From NCBI GenBank assembly GCA_963769935.1, contig CAVYNY010000020.1, positions 448,001-512,000 of the forward strand: 64,000 bases of DNA, written 5' to 3'. Below the pieces are notes generated by a model that saw only the letters and a list, made by a program, of their open reading frames with translations, was not told the DNA's origin and made no database searches. Below are positions 51,502 to 60,892 of the stretch, in pieces. Every line of letters starts with the position of its first letter. Positions within the stretch are counted from its first letter, which is position 1. The stretch comes from an uncultured delta proteobacterium. GTDB lineage: Bacteria > Desulfobacterota > Desulfobacteria > Desulfobacterales > JAFDCJ01. The position numbers and the translations under genes are program-made.

Positions 51502-52008
51502 TCAAATTTCCTGTTTCAATGTGTATTCGGCCAGCAGGCTTTGTTTCAAATAATGGTTGGCCGGATCGGCAAAGTAGGCCTTCATCATTTTAAGGCTTGC
51601 GGGGCGCAATATGCCGGGTACAACCTTCACCGGGCTGTTTTTATACAGCGGATTCAGGTGCGACAGGTCGCAGCCGGTGCCGCCGCCCATAACATCCTCA
51701 TAAGCGTAAACGATTCGACCGATACCCGATATTATCAGAGCGCCGTAACACATCAGGCAGGGCTCCATGGTACTGAAAGCAGTTATCCGGCCTCGGTCGA
51801 GCTGATTTTCATTTTCAGCCAAATGCCGCAAGGCAATCATTTCGGCGTGGTCGATTTCATTGCAGCCTTCTCCCACGGTGCCTTGGCGGGCGCCGGTCGC
51901 CAGGATTTTACCCCGGTAAACCAGAACACAGCCGACCGGAAACTCGCCGGCCGCCAGAACCTGCTCGGCTTGCTCCAGAGCTTTTGCCATAAAATATTGG
52001 TCTTCCAT
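51502..52008 (-). CDS. Nucleoside/tRNA deaminase (TadA-like CDA family)
   Basis: FM..AL..A, E.PVG, HAE, TMEPCLMC. Confidence 0.85.
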   Translation of the reverse strand: MEDQYFMAKALEQAEQVLAAGEFPVGCVLVYRGKILATGARQGTVGEGCNEIDHAEMIALRHLAENENQLDRGRITAFSTMEPCLMCYGALIISGIGRIVYAYEDVMGGGTGCDLSHLNPLYKNSPVKVVPGILRPASLKMMKAYFADPANHYLKQSLLAEYTLKQEI

Positions 52009-52011
52009 GAA

Positions 52012-52170
52012 TGTTTAGTTGATTCGTGTATGGGTTGATTAAGTTGATTGGACCCGCGTTAACAGCCAAATGGTTAAAGCACTGTATAGTTCATTGAGCA
52101 GCGGAATTCAACCTAATAAAAAGCCGATGAACCTAATAAACTTAACCAATCGAATCTACTCAATCAACCC
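52012..52170. repeat. Inverted nonamer-type array element
   Basis: GTTGATT repeats on the left, AACCTAATA/AACCAAT/AATCAACC on the right. Confidence 0.6.
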
Positions 52171-52180
52171 TACAAGGAGG

Positions 52181-52732
52181 TTACAACCTACAGATATCCT
52201 CATCGCACGGGCAGCTGTCATCCACTTCATAGCAATACACGATTCTGGATTCCAATGCGGCCCGCTGCGCCGGGATCACTTTAAACTCATCGCGGGCAGC
52301 AATTTCTTGCAGTTCCGATTTCGAGGGAATGTTCTCCAATCCCACGGTCAAGACGCTGCCTCCCGAACCCTCCAAAACTTCGGCATCTTCGCCGTTGGTT
52401 ACTACGGCGACAGGTATTTGGTACGGCGCCAACACACGGGATGCGGCCAGCACCGGCCGACGCCGGGTAACCAGCGAACCCGGGCCATATTTGACAATCA
52501 TGCAAATTTTGCCGTACAGGCTGATTAAAAAATCGATCTTAACAATCGCCCGTTTCTCTCCGGCCTGTACCAGCAAGTCTTTGCACCGTTCGATGTCACT
52601 TTTAAGATATCCTTTCCGGTTTACAAGCAAACGTGCTATTTTTTGGCGGTAGCGTTCATCATGGGTGTCTGGCAGGGTCGTGCCGCTGATAAAATCGTCG
52701 AGTTCGCCCAGTATTAGATGATGTCCATTCAT
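52181..52732 (-). CDS. Stand-alone type I restriction HsdR N-terminal-like domain protein
   Basis: E.YRQ.I.R.L...KGY....I, ID, AVVTNG.D motifs; no helicase or hsdMS nearby. Confidence 0.6.
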   Translation of the reverse strand: MNGHHLILGELDDFISGTTLPDTHDERYRQKIARLLVNRKGYLKSDIERCKDLLVQAGEKRAIVKIDFLISLYGKICMIVKYGPGSLVTRRRPVLAASRVLAPYQIPVAVVTNGEDAEVLEGSGGSVLTVGLENIPSKSELQEIAARDEFKVIPAQRAALESRIVYCYEVDDSCPCDEDICRL

Positions 52733-52950
52733 TGGTGCAAATTTAGCCCTATTGACCACTCCGAAATAGCCGGGTGCAGCGAAACGAATATCCCATTTAG
52801 CGGGGAATTGAAAAATGAAGATCGTAAATTGATTTCATTGTACAAGGTGCATAAAAATTTTTTTGAGCACCTGAAAATAATATTCCTTTACATGAAAACC
52901 GGCTTGGGAGTAATATAATACCTTTTTCAAGGTTGTTAAGTAAGGGTATC

Positions 52951-54006
52951 ATGTCCATAAGAGCAGAATTTGAAAAACGCGAAAGAAAATTTATGTCGCC
53001 CTTCGGTTGTTTGAGTGCCGAAACCCGGGGACGCGCGATAAAGGAAACATCCTGCCCGGTGCGCACCGCTTTTCAGCTGGATCGTGATCGTATTGTTTAT
53101 TCTAATGCTTTCAGGCGGTTAAAACATAAAACCCAGGTCTTTCTTGCCCCCCTGGGTGATGACTACCGAACGCGCCTGACCCACACCCTTGAGGTGGCTC
53201 AAATGGCGCGGGCCATTGCACGGGCGCTGTTTTTAAACGAAGACCTGGTTGAAGCGATCGCGCTGGGGCATGATCTGGGCCACACACCCTTTGGGCACAG
53301 CGGCGAGACCGTACTCAAAGAGATCTTCTCGGCCCATTTTTCACACAACGAACAGAGCCTGCGCGTCGTTGAAATCCTGGAAAACAACGGCAACGGACTC
53401 AACCTGACCTACGAGGTTCGGGACGGCATACGGAAACACGCGAAAGGATTCGGCAAGATTATTCCCGAAAATGCCGCTGAAATGGCCGATACCTATGAGG
53501 GACAGGTGGCCAGAATCGCCGATATCATGGCTTATCTGAATCATGACCTGGAAGATGCGATTCGAAGCGGTGTGGTTAAAGCCGAGCAGGTGCCGGACGA
53601 TTGTACCAAGGTCCTGGGCCGCACCCATTCGGATCGCGCCACCACGATGATCATGGATCTGATATCCTGCAGCAGCGTTTGTGATGATAAACTCTGCCTG
53701 CAGATGAGTGATGATGTGAGCTCCGCCATGTCCAACTTGAGAAAATTCCTATACGATAATGTTTATCGATCGCCCCGCGTGCATAAAGATTTTGAAAAAG
53801 CCAAGAAGATTCTCACCGAGCTTTACCTCTTTTTGCTGGAAAATGAAGATGTGCTGCAGAAACAGTTGGCCGAACTAAAAATGACCGGCTGCAACGACCG
53901 GCAACAGAGCCGAGAAAGAATCGTCTGTGACTTAATCGCCAGTATGACCGACCGCTATGCCTTGAACCTTTACAAAAAACTATTTTTCCCGAATCCGGTG
54001 GTTTAA
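52951..54006 (+). CDS. dgt: Deoxyguanosinetriphosphate triphosphohydrolase (short type)
   Basis: RT.FQ.DRDRI, FRRL.HKTQVF, RTRLTHTLEV, HDLGHTPFGH.GE, AD..AY..HD.ED, IA.MTDRYA. Confidence 0.93.
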   Translation: MSIRAEFEKRERKFMSPFGCLSAETRGRAIKETSCPVRTAFQLDRDRIVYSNAFRRLKHKTQVFLAPLGDDYRTRLTHTLEVAQMARAIARALFLNEDLVEAIALGHDLGHTPFGHSGETVLKEIFSAHFSHNEQSLRVVEILENNGNGLNLTYEVRDGIRKHAKGFGKIIPENAAEMADTYEGQVARIADIMAYLNHDLEDAIRSGVVKAEQVPDDCTKVLGRTHSDRATTMIMDLISCSSVCDDKLCLQMSDDVSSAMSNLRKFLYDNVYRSPRVHKDFEKAKKILTELYLFLLENEDVLQKQLAELKMTGCNDRQQSRERIVCDLIASMTDRYALNLYKKLFFPNPVV

Positions 54007-54665
54007 TGGATACCGACAAGGTCCGTTCCATGACATTGCCTGCCATGCTGGATGATGAGTCGCTGCACGTCTATCTTGACCGGATGCGGCAGATATTTAC
54101 CGGCATGGATCAAAAATATGACCAAGCGGCCACCCACTATAAGTTTCTGTGTACCGGATGTGAGGATAACTGCTGCCGGACGCGCTTTCATCACCATACC
54201 TATCTGGAATTTCTGTATATTCGCGCTGGATTTGAAAAGTTGGAGCCGACCGGACGACATGCGATACAGGCCAAGGCGGAAGCGGTATGCCGCCTGACCG
54301 CCCAGGCGCAGAAAAAAGGCGCTGCTGTGCGGCTGATGTGTCCGTTAAATGACGCCGGCCTGTGCCGCCTGTATCCCTATCGTCCCATGATATGCCGGCT
54401 GCACGGCATCCCTTATGAACTTCAAACACCCGGCCGATCGGTTAGCTGCGGCCCGGGCTGCGGGGCCTTTGACGAACAGTGTTCCGGCCGACCCTATTTC
54501 AAATTTGACCGCACCCCGTTCTATTTCGAAATGGCCGAACTGGAAAGCGAGTTTAAACAGACCATCGGACTGACGGGCAGGATCAAGTTGACCATCGCCG
54601 AAATGATCCTTCGCATGGAGCATAGCGTAAAGTCGGAAGGACAAAGGATATGGGTAAAAGGCTAA
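54006..54665 (+). CDS. YkgJ-like cysteine cluster (CxxCxxCC) protein
   Basis: F.CTGCEDNCC, CPL...G.C.LY.YRP.ICRLHG; C-terminal ~16 aa run into a repeat element. Confidence 0.75.
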   Translation: MDTDKVRSMTLPAMLDDESLHVYLDRMRQIFTGMDQKYDQAATHYKFLCTGCEDNCCRTRFHHHTYLEFLYIRAGFEKLEPTGRHAIQAKAEAVCRLTAQAQKKGAAVRLMCPLNDAGLCRLYPYRPMICRLHGIPYELQTPGRSVSCGPGCGAFDEQCSGRPYFKFDRTPFYFEMAELESEFKQTIGLTGRIKLTIAEMILRMEHSVKSEGQRIWVKG

Positions 54666-54757
54666 AGGTAAAAGGTGAAAGGCTGTAGCATCGCGCAGAG
54701 CGCAAAGCGTAGATTCGAGGACCCCATGAATTATGCACTATGCGGAGCGCAGCGACC
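54617..54757. repeat. Heptamer-array composite element
   Basis: AAAGGCT/AAAGGTA/AAAGGTG and GCGCAGA/GCGCAAA arrays; ATGAATTAT...GCGCAGCGA module shared with ~15462. Confidence 0.65.
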
Positions 54758-54765
54758 TTAGAACC

Positions 54766-55548
54766 ATGAAATCCATTGAAATTGAAGAAATAGACAAATT
54801 ACCCGGCATTCGGATTCAGGAAAATGACCCCTTTTGTTTTCGCTGTCATCCGGAGGTGGAATGTTTTAACCGCTGCTGCCGGAATCTGAATCTATTTTTA
54901 TATCCTTACGATGTGCTGCGGTTAAAACAAGCGCTGCAATTGTCTTCGGATGCCTTCCTGGATAAATATGTGGACATTGTCATGCGGCCTTCCAATTATT
55001 TTCCTGAAGTGCTCCTGCGCATGGCGGAAAATGGGGCGAAAACCTGCCCCTTTGTGACAGAAGACGGGTGTGCCGTGTATGATCACCGGCCGGATACCTG
55101 CCGCACGTTTCCAATCGAACAGGGAGTCCTTTACGATGCTTTTCAAGAAACGAATTTGCCGGTTTATTTTTTCCGACCGCCCGAGTTCTGTCGCGGGCAG
55201 GATGAAAAGCAGGAGTGGACGGTACCCGATTGGATCGAAGACCAGGGGGGGGAGCAGTACCAGCAGATGACGATTCGATGGTCGGAACTAAAAAGACTGT
55301 TTCAAAACGACCCCTGGGGTCTTGAGGGCCCCGAGGGACCGAAGGCAAAAATGGCCTTCATGGCCACTTATAACATCGATCGGTTTCGGGATTTTGTGTT
55401 TCAAAGCAGTTTTTTAAAACGCTACCGGATTAAATCCGCCCTGCGCAAGCAGTTGAAAACCGATGATGTGGCCTTGTTGAAATTCGGTTTTGAGTGGGTG
55501 AAGGCGTTTATCTGGGGCATGCAAAGTCGGTATATTCAGCCGCGGTAG
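54766..55548 (+). CDS. YkgJ family cysteine cluster protein
   Basis: FCFRC.P.V.CFN.CC, PYD.LRLK, CPF....GC.VY..RP.TCR.FP, C.G. Confidence 0.85.
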   Translation: MKSIEIEEIDKLPGIRIQENDPFCFRCHPEVECFNRCCRNLNLFLYPYDVLRLKQALQLSSDAFLDKYVDIVMRPSNYFPEVLLRMAENGAKTCPFVTEDGCAVYDHRPDTCRTFPIEQGVLYDAFQETNLPVYFFRPPEFCRGQDEKQEWTVPDWIEDQGGEQYQQMTIRWSELKRLFQNDPWGLEGPEGPKAKMAFMATYNIDRFRDFVFQSSFLKRYRIKSALRKQLKTDDVALLKFGFEWVKAFIWGMQSRYIQPR

Positions 55549-55603
55549 ATTGGCGGTTTCCGGTCTTATCTGGCGGAGTGATGCTTTTCAAACCATGCCC
55601 ATT

Positions 55604-55685
55604 CGTTGGCCCGTTAGCCGGTCTGCCCGTGGGCCGGTTGGCAGAAGCGGGCTAACGGGACAACGGGAAAACCGGCTAGCCGACT
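55604..55685. repeat. Inverted octamer-array element between convergent genes
   Basis: GCCCGTTA/GCCGGTCT/GCCCGTGG/GCCGGTTG then TAACGGGA/CAACGGGA/AAACCGGC/TAGCCGAC. Confidence 0.7.
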
Positions 55686-56500
55686 CATTCGACGCCTTGC
55701 GGCATCTCCCCCACTTTGTCACCTCCCAGCAAATATCCGCCGTCCAGACGCAGCACGGAGCCCGTCATAAAAGGTGCCTCATTGATGATAAAAAGAACGG
55801 CTTTGACGACGTCATCTATTGTGCCGGTCCGGTGCAGCAGGGTGTGGTCAAGCAACGCATTTTTCTGCTCCGGGGTCAGCAAACTCCAACCCCGGGTATT
55901 TTGGGCATGACGCGTTTCAACAAAGCCGAGCATGATTTCGTTTACCCGAACCCGCGGGGCTCCCATGCGGGCCCAAGTTTCGGTCAACAACGATATCCCG
56001 CGGTTGGCGGCTGCGTAGCCGTCGTTGAAAACCATACCGGCAGGGCCGCTGCGACCGACTACGGCGGCAATCGAGGAAAAATTTATGACCACGCCGGCAC
56101 CGGAGGCTTTCAGGTGCGGCAGGGCGGCGTCGAAAACCCAGCGTTTGGCCCGCAGGGTGGTTTCCAGTTCGAGGTCCCACTGCTTCGGTACATACGGCCC
56201 GTGAACAACCGGCCAGCCGCCGCGTTCGATGTTATTGACCAGGATGTCGAGCCGGCCGAAATGATCGACGACCTTTTGGATTAATTCCGGCACCTTTTCG
56301 ACCTCCAGCAGGTTGGTTTGAACGATGAGGTGCTCCTTGCCGCTGTCGGCAAATTCCCTGCGCATCCCTGCCAGCTCTTCCTGCCAGTCGAAATAATTCA
56401 AGGCCACCTTGACACCCTGCTCCGCCAAAGCAAGGCCGATACCTTTGCCGATGCCTTTGATCGCACCCAGAACGAGTGCGACTTTTCCGTTTAGCTCCAT
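55685..56500 (-). CDS. SDR family oxidoreductase (atypical YxxxN active site)
   Basis: G..KGIG, DILVNN, INFSS, DGYAAAN, LRLDGG. Confidence 0.85.
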   Translation of the reverse strand: MELNGKVALVLGAIKGIGKGIGLALAEQGVKVALNYFDWQEELAGMRREFADSGKEHLIVQTNLLEVEKVPELIQKVVDHFGRLDILVNNIERGGWPVVHGPYVPKQWDLELETTLRAKRWVFDAALPHLKASGAGVVINFSSIAAVVGRSGPAGMVFNDGYAAANRGISLLTETWARMGAPRVRVNEIMLGFVETRHAQNTRGWSLLTPEQKNALLDHTLLHRTGTIDDVVKAVLFIINEAPFMTGSVLRLDGGYLLGGDKVGEMPQGVE

Positions 56501-56539
56501 ACCAGCACCATTCGATTCCAAGTAAATTGGACTACCTTA

Positions 56540-56787
56540 AAATCCCAAATTACAAGCACCAAATTATTTACCCCGTTAAATAATTTTATGAATAGCATAA
56601 TTGTTTTAGTTACTATGGATCGCATTCTCTACCTAATTCCCTGTATCCCCACAAGACAATTTAACAGGGCAGGTAAATCTCAAACTCCAATTCCAATGAC
56701 CGAAAAAAGTTTTGGTATTTTTGTTTTGAATTTCGAATTTTGGTCATTGGGATTTGTTTGAAATTTGGAATTTGTGATTTGGAATTT
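56540..56787. mobile_element. Heptamer-array inverted-repeat element with nested ~103-bp MITE
   Basis: Outer arms AAATCCCAAATTACAAGCACCAAAT / ATTTGGAATTTGTGATTTGGAATTT; inner TIR TACCCCGTTAAAT (56569) / ATTTAACAGGGCA (56671). Confidence 0.65.
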
Positions 56788-56832
56788 GCAAAAATCCATT
56801 GCACAAACAGCAGCAGACCTATAAGTGCCACC

Positions 56833-57561
56833 TCAATCTTGATCGAAAAGCACACGCTTAATCCACTGCATCCCTATTTCCAACAGCGCCAGATCATCCT
56901 CAAGGGCTTTATCCATCAGTGCAGAATCGATCTGAAGACCGGCTAAGAGTCCGTTGTTGATGATCCGGGATCTGAAACCATCCAAGTCATAAAGCGCTGT
57001 AAAAATCAGGCGTCTGGATTTAAGATCCAGCACACCGGGCTTCAGCCTGTTTTTCAGGCTGATAATTTGGATCATTTTGTCGTTGATTTCATTGTAAACA
57101 GCGATTTTTTGGTCTCCAATCCATTGCCGTACGGTTTGGGCACTACCTTGATTAAATCCGAGGCAGTGCGGTTCCCTCAATACCATGAACTGCTCGATTA
57201 TTTCCCCTGTCTTTCTGGCGCGTGCAGCCGACCGCACGAGGGGATACATGCGGCATGATGACGGCCGGTTTTCATACACGCTGCAGCCCTTTTTCGTTGC
57301 AAAGGGGCAGCGTAGATCGCGGTTGTCGGCCGGCTTCAGCGTCACAATGGGAAGTCCTGATTCCGGACCGGTGTGCTGGGAGGTGTATTGGGAAAGGAAT
57401 TGTTCCGATAACAGTCCCAGGTGAGTTTTTAAACGCAGGATGTCATAAGGTGTCAGAAATTGGTTTAAATCCCGGCAGCACGCATTAAAACAAGGCACTT
57501 CCGGGGTGCATGCAAAGCAAAAGGTATCTTGCAGTGCTATGGGGGTTAAATCAGGTTCCAC
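56833..57561 (-). CDS. YkgJ family cysteine cluster protein (paralog of 54766-55548)
   Basis: FCFAC.P.V.CFN.CC, PYDILRLK, CPF....GC.VY..RP.SCR.YP, EPHC.G. Confidence 0.85.
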   Translation of the reverse strand: MEPDLTPIALQDTFCFACTPEVPCFNACCRDLNQFLTPYDILRLKTHLGLLSEQFLSQYTSQHTGPESGLPIVTLKPADNRDLRCPFATKKGCSVYENRPSSCRMYPLVRSAARARKTGEIIEQFMVLREPHCLGFNQGSAQTVRQWIGDQKIAVYNEINDKMIQIISLKNRLKPGVLDLKSRRLIFTALYDLDGFRSRIINNGLLAGLQIDSALMDKALEDDLALLEIGMQWIKRVLFDQD

Positions 57562-57631
57562 CGCAGGGTCTCCTTATCTTAAATAGTGAAAATCTCTCAT
57601 ACCACGGCTCGAATTTTTTAGCCAATTGTAA

Positions 57632-57884
57632 GTTCGTTTGGATGGTTTAGATCGTTCGGATCGTTTCGTTGGTTAAGATCGTTTGGATGGCTTTGATGTT
57701 CAGAGGTTCAAGATTCAGGGTTTTGGGGCTTCGCCCTCCGGGCATCCGACTTCGCTCTTTGGGCTTCGCTTTCAGCTACGACCCAACAGGTTGAGCTACG
57801 ACGGGACAAATCGACCCCACGCGCAGGGTTCAGGGTTAAAAGAGCAAGAGCCGTTACCTTTCACCTTTTACCTTTAGCCTTCCG
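57632..57884. repeat. Composite nonamer/heptamer element carrying triple-nested REP-like insertions
   Basis: Host paralogous to 50082-50232; insert 57724-57820 with three CTTCGC starts and three matching TACGAC/TCGAC ends. Confidence 0.75.
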
Positions 57885-57907
57885 GTAGACTCTGTCGTCA
57901 GGATTCA

Positions 57908-57954
57908 ACACTACATATGGTGTCCGAATCAGGCTTGTTATCAAAATATTGCGA
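57908..57954. promoter_or_regulatory. Tandem NrdR-box-like sites
   Basis: ACACTACATATGGTGT (57908) and TATCAAAATATTGCGA (57939), 31-bp offset; match the acaCwAtATaTwGtgt core. Confidence 0.55.
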
Positions 57955-58012
57955 GAAATTGAAATGGAAGTTAAAATCAAGAATTCTTGTCATTTTGTTT
58001 GGTTAAAAGTAC

Positions 58013-58041
58013 TTGACAAGGCACATGTTGAATGGTATTGT
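58013..58041 (+). promoter_or_regulatory. Putative sigma70 promoter of aprBA
   Basis: TTGACA-17bp-TATTGT with extended TG. Confidence 0.6.
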
Positions 58042-58312
58042 TTTCATCTTATAGCTACTATATCCTATTGAAATTAAAGGAAATTTTGCTTGCTTCATTT
58101 CATACTTGATCGCTTGCAATACGTTTTCATCGAGTTGAACCGGATGGGGTCCGGTTATTGAAAAATAAATCACCCAGGAAATAAAACAAAGTGAGCCAAA
58201 GCGTTCCACTTTGGGTCACCTTAATGAAGGGAGGTGCAAAACAGTTACGGAATTTAACGGATAGTTTATCGTTTTTTAAAAGACCAAAAACAAAATTTAG
58301 GAGGTATAATAA

Positions 58313-58756
58313 ATGCCAAGTTTTGTAATAACTGAAAAATGTGACGGCTGCAAAGGCGGGGACAAAACTGCCTGTATGTACATTTGTCCCAATGACCTGA
58401 TGGTTCTGGATCCCAACGAGATGAAGGCTTACAACCAGGAGCCCGATCAGTGCTGGGAATGCTTCTCATGCGTTAAGATTTGCCCGACTCAGGCCATCGA
58501 AGTCAGGGGCTATGCGGACTTTGTGCCCCTGGGAAGCAGTGTCATGCCGATGCTGGGTACCGAAGATGTAATGTGGACCTGCAAGTTCAGAAACGGGACC
58601 ATCAAACGCTTTAAGTTCCCCATTCGGACCACTCCCGAAGGACAGGCCAATGCTTACAAGGATTTGAAAGCCAGCGACCTGGACAGCCAGCTGCTTTCAA
58701 CCGAGGAAGCCGAAGGCGCAGCGCTGCGTGCACCTGCTGCCGACCAATTGGCTTAA
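58313..58756 (+). CDS. aprB: Adenylylsulfate reductase beta subunit
   Basis: CDGCKG...TACMYICPNDLM, CWECFSCVKICP, KRFKFPIRTT. Confidence 0.98.
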   Translation: MPSFVITEKCDGCKGGDKTACMYICPNDLMVLDPNEMKAYNQEPDQCWECFSCVKICPTQAIEVRGYADFVPLGSSVMPMLGTEDVMWTCKFRNGTIKRFKFPIRTTPEGQANAYKDLKASDLDSQLLSTEEAEGAALRAPAADQLA

Positions 58757-58831
58757 TTGGCGGCTCAGATCGCGTAAACGATGTTGAAACAATCTACCTA
58801 ATAAATTTAGTGAATGTAAGGAGGATGCAAT

Positions 58832-60811
58832 ATGGCATTACCGAATAAACCTGCTGGTGAGCTTAAGGCTGTGAGGGACCCGGAAGTAGAAGAGCGGGAA
58901 GTTGACATTCTGATCGTGGGCGGCGGTATGGCTGCCTGCGGCGCCGCGTTTGAGGTTAAGAAATGGATGAGCGACGATCAGAGTGTGCTGCTGGTGGACA
59001 AGGCCGCCCTGGAAAGAAGCGGCGCGGTTGCTCAGGGTCTTTCTGCAATTAACACTTTTATCGGCGATAATTCCCCGGAAGACTATGTGCGCATGGTCCG
59101 CAACGACCTGATGGGTATCGTGCGCGAAGACCTGATTTTTGATCTGGGCTGTCACGTGGATGACTCTGTTCATCTGTTTGAGGAGTGGGGGCTGCCTATC
59201 TGGAAAAAATCCGCTGATGGCAAAAACCTGGACGGCAAAAAAGGCCAGCAAATGGGCACCCTGAAATCCGGCGCCAGCCCGGTGCGTACCGGTAAATGGC
59301 AGATCATGATCAACGGCGAATCCTACAAACGAATTGTGGCCGAGGCTGCCAAGCTGGCGATCGGTGAAGAAAATGTTTTGGAAAGGGTTTTCATCGTCGA
59401 ACTGCTGCTGGATGCCAACAAAGAAAATCAGATCGCCGGTGCCGTCGGTTTTTCCGTGCGGGAAAACAAAGTTTACATCATCAAGTGCAAGACCATGGTG
59501 GTTGCCTGCGGCGGCGCTGTAAACATCTATCAGCCGCGCAGCGTGGGTGAAGGCAAAGGACGGGCCTGGTATCCGGTATGGAACTCCGGCTCCACCTACT
59601 ACCTGTGCATGAAAGCCGGAGCCGAGCTTTCCATGATGGAAAACCGTTTCACCCCGGCCCGCTTCAAAGATGGCTACGGCCCGGTCGGTGCCTGGTTCCT
59701 GCTGTTCAAAGCCAAGACCCTCAACGGTCTGGGCGAGGCATTTGCCGGCAGTGATGCCGCCAAGGCTGAACTGCAAAAGTACGCACCTTACGGAACGGCC
59801 GCCATTACGCCGACCTGTCTGCGTAACCACCTGATGCTCTTTGAGATGAAAGAAGGCCGTGGACCGATCATGATGGATACGGTCACCGCCCTGGCCGAGC
59901 TTGGCAAGACCATGGACAAAAAAGAGCTCAAGCACCTTGAGTCCGAAGCCTGGGAAGACTTCCTGGATATGACCTGCGGCCAGGCCAACCTGTGGTGTGC
60001 GACCAACACCGAGCCGGAAAAGAAAAATTCCGAAGTTATGCCGACCGAACCCTATCTGCTCGGCTCACACTCCGGCTGCTGCGGTCTGTGGACCTCCGGT
60101 CCGGATCTGGATTGGGTGCCGGATTCCTATAAGCTCAAAGCCGACAACGGCAAGGTTTACAACCGCATGACAACCGTCAACGGTCTGTTCACCGCCGGCG
60201 ACGGTGTGGGCTGCTCCGGTCACAAGTTCTCTTCCGGTTCGCATGCCGAAGGCCGCATTACCGCCAAGCAAATGGTCCGCTACGCCAAGGATCATGCCGA
60301 CTTCACACCGGCACTCGCCCAGAGCACCCCGGAGTTGGTCGACTTGGTTTACAAACCGGTTCGCACCTATCTTGATAATTGCGCTTACACCACGGCCGAT
60401 GATGTCAACCCCAACTACATCAAGCCCAACGGCATGATGTACCGCATGATGAAGGCCACCCACGAGTACGGTGCCGGAACCGCCACCTTCTATCAGACCA
60501 CCAGCAAAAACCTGGAGATCATTATGGAAATGCTGGAGACCATGCGGGAAGACAATGAGAAGCTGGCTGCCGGTGATCTGCATGAGCTCATGCGGGCCTG
60601 GGAAATCCAGCACCGCATCTGGACGGTGGAATCGCATCTGCGTCACATCCAGTTCCGCAAAGAAACCCGTTATCCCGGTTTCTACTATCAGTCGGATTAT
60701 CCGGGACAGGATGATGAGAACTGGTTCTGTTTCGTCAACTCCAAGTACGATCCCAAAGAGCAAAAATGGGATATCTTCAAGAAAGACTACGTCAAAATTT
60801 TCAAAGACTAA
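58832..60811 (+). CDS. aprA: Adenylylsulfate reductase alpha subunit
   Basis: RSGAVAQGLSAIN, WQIMINGESYK, ARFKDGYGPVGAWFL, GHKFSSGSHAEGR. Confidence 0.99.
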   Translation: MALPNKPAGELKAVRDPEVEEREVDILIVGGGMAACGAAFEVKKWMSDDQSVLLVDKAALERSGAVAQGLSAINTFIGDNSPEDYVRMVRNDLMGIVREDLIFDLGCHVDDSVHLFEEWGLPIWKKSADGKNLDGKKGQQMGTLKSGASPVRTGKWQIMINGESYKRIVAEAAKLAIGEENVLERVFIVELLLDANKENQIAGAVGFSVRENKVYIIKCKTMVVACGGAVNIYQPRSVGEGKGRAWYPVWNSGSTYYLCMKAGAELSMMENRFTPARFKDGYGPVGAWFLLFKAKTLNGLGEAFAGSDAAKAELQKYAPYGTAAITPTCLRNHLMLFEMKEGRGPIMMDTVTALAELGKTMDKKELKHLESEAWEDFLDMTCGQANLWCATNTEPEKKNSEVMPTEPYLLGSHSGCCGLWTSGPDLDWVPDSYKLKADNGKVYNRMTTVNGLFTAGDGVGCSGHKFSSGSHAEGRITAKQMVRYAKDHADFTPALAQSTPELVDLVYKPVRTYLDNCAYTTADDVNPNYIKPNGMMYRMMKATHEYGAGTATFYQTTSKNLEIIMEMLETMREDNEKLAAGDLHELMRAWEIQHRIWTVESHLRHIQFRKETRYPGFYYQSDYPGQDDENWFCFVNSKYDPKEQKWDIFKKDYVKIFKD

Positions 60812-60848
60812 TAAAATGTCGACGCTGATCTGTAGTCAATAAATGCTG

Positions 60849-60881
60849 CCTCCAGGTGTCTTTGGACACCTGGAGGTTTTT
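60849..60881 (+). terminator. Intrinsic terminator after aprA
   Basis: CCTCCAGGTGTC-TTTG-GACACCTGGAGG-TTTTT. Confidence 0.85.
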
Positions 60882-60892
60882 GTTAAATATCG

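Noticed and set aside
51502..54006. Deaminase + HsdR-N + dGTPase as an anti-phage nucleotide-depletion island
   Set aside because: Short housekeeping-type dGTPase, TadA-sized deaminase without kinase domain, core-like composition and context, no hsdM/S or helicase
58838..60763. Long antisense ORFs over aprA (also over infB, pnp, ABC and GGDEF genes)
   Set aside because: Shadow frames from codon bias of real genes; no motifs or RBS
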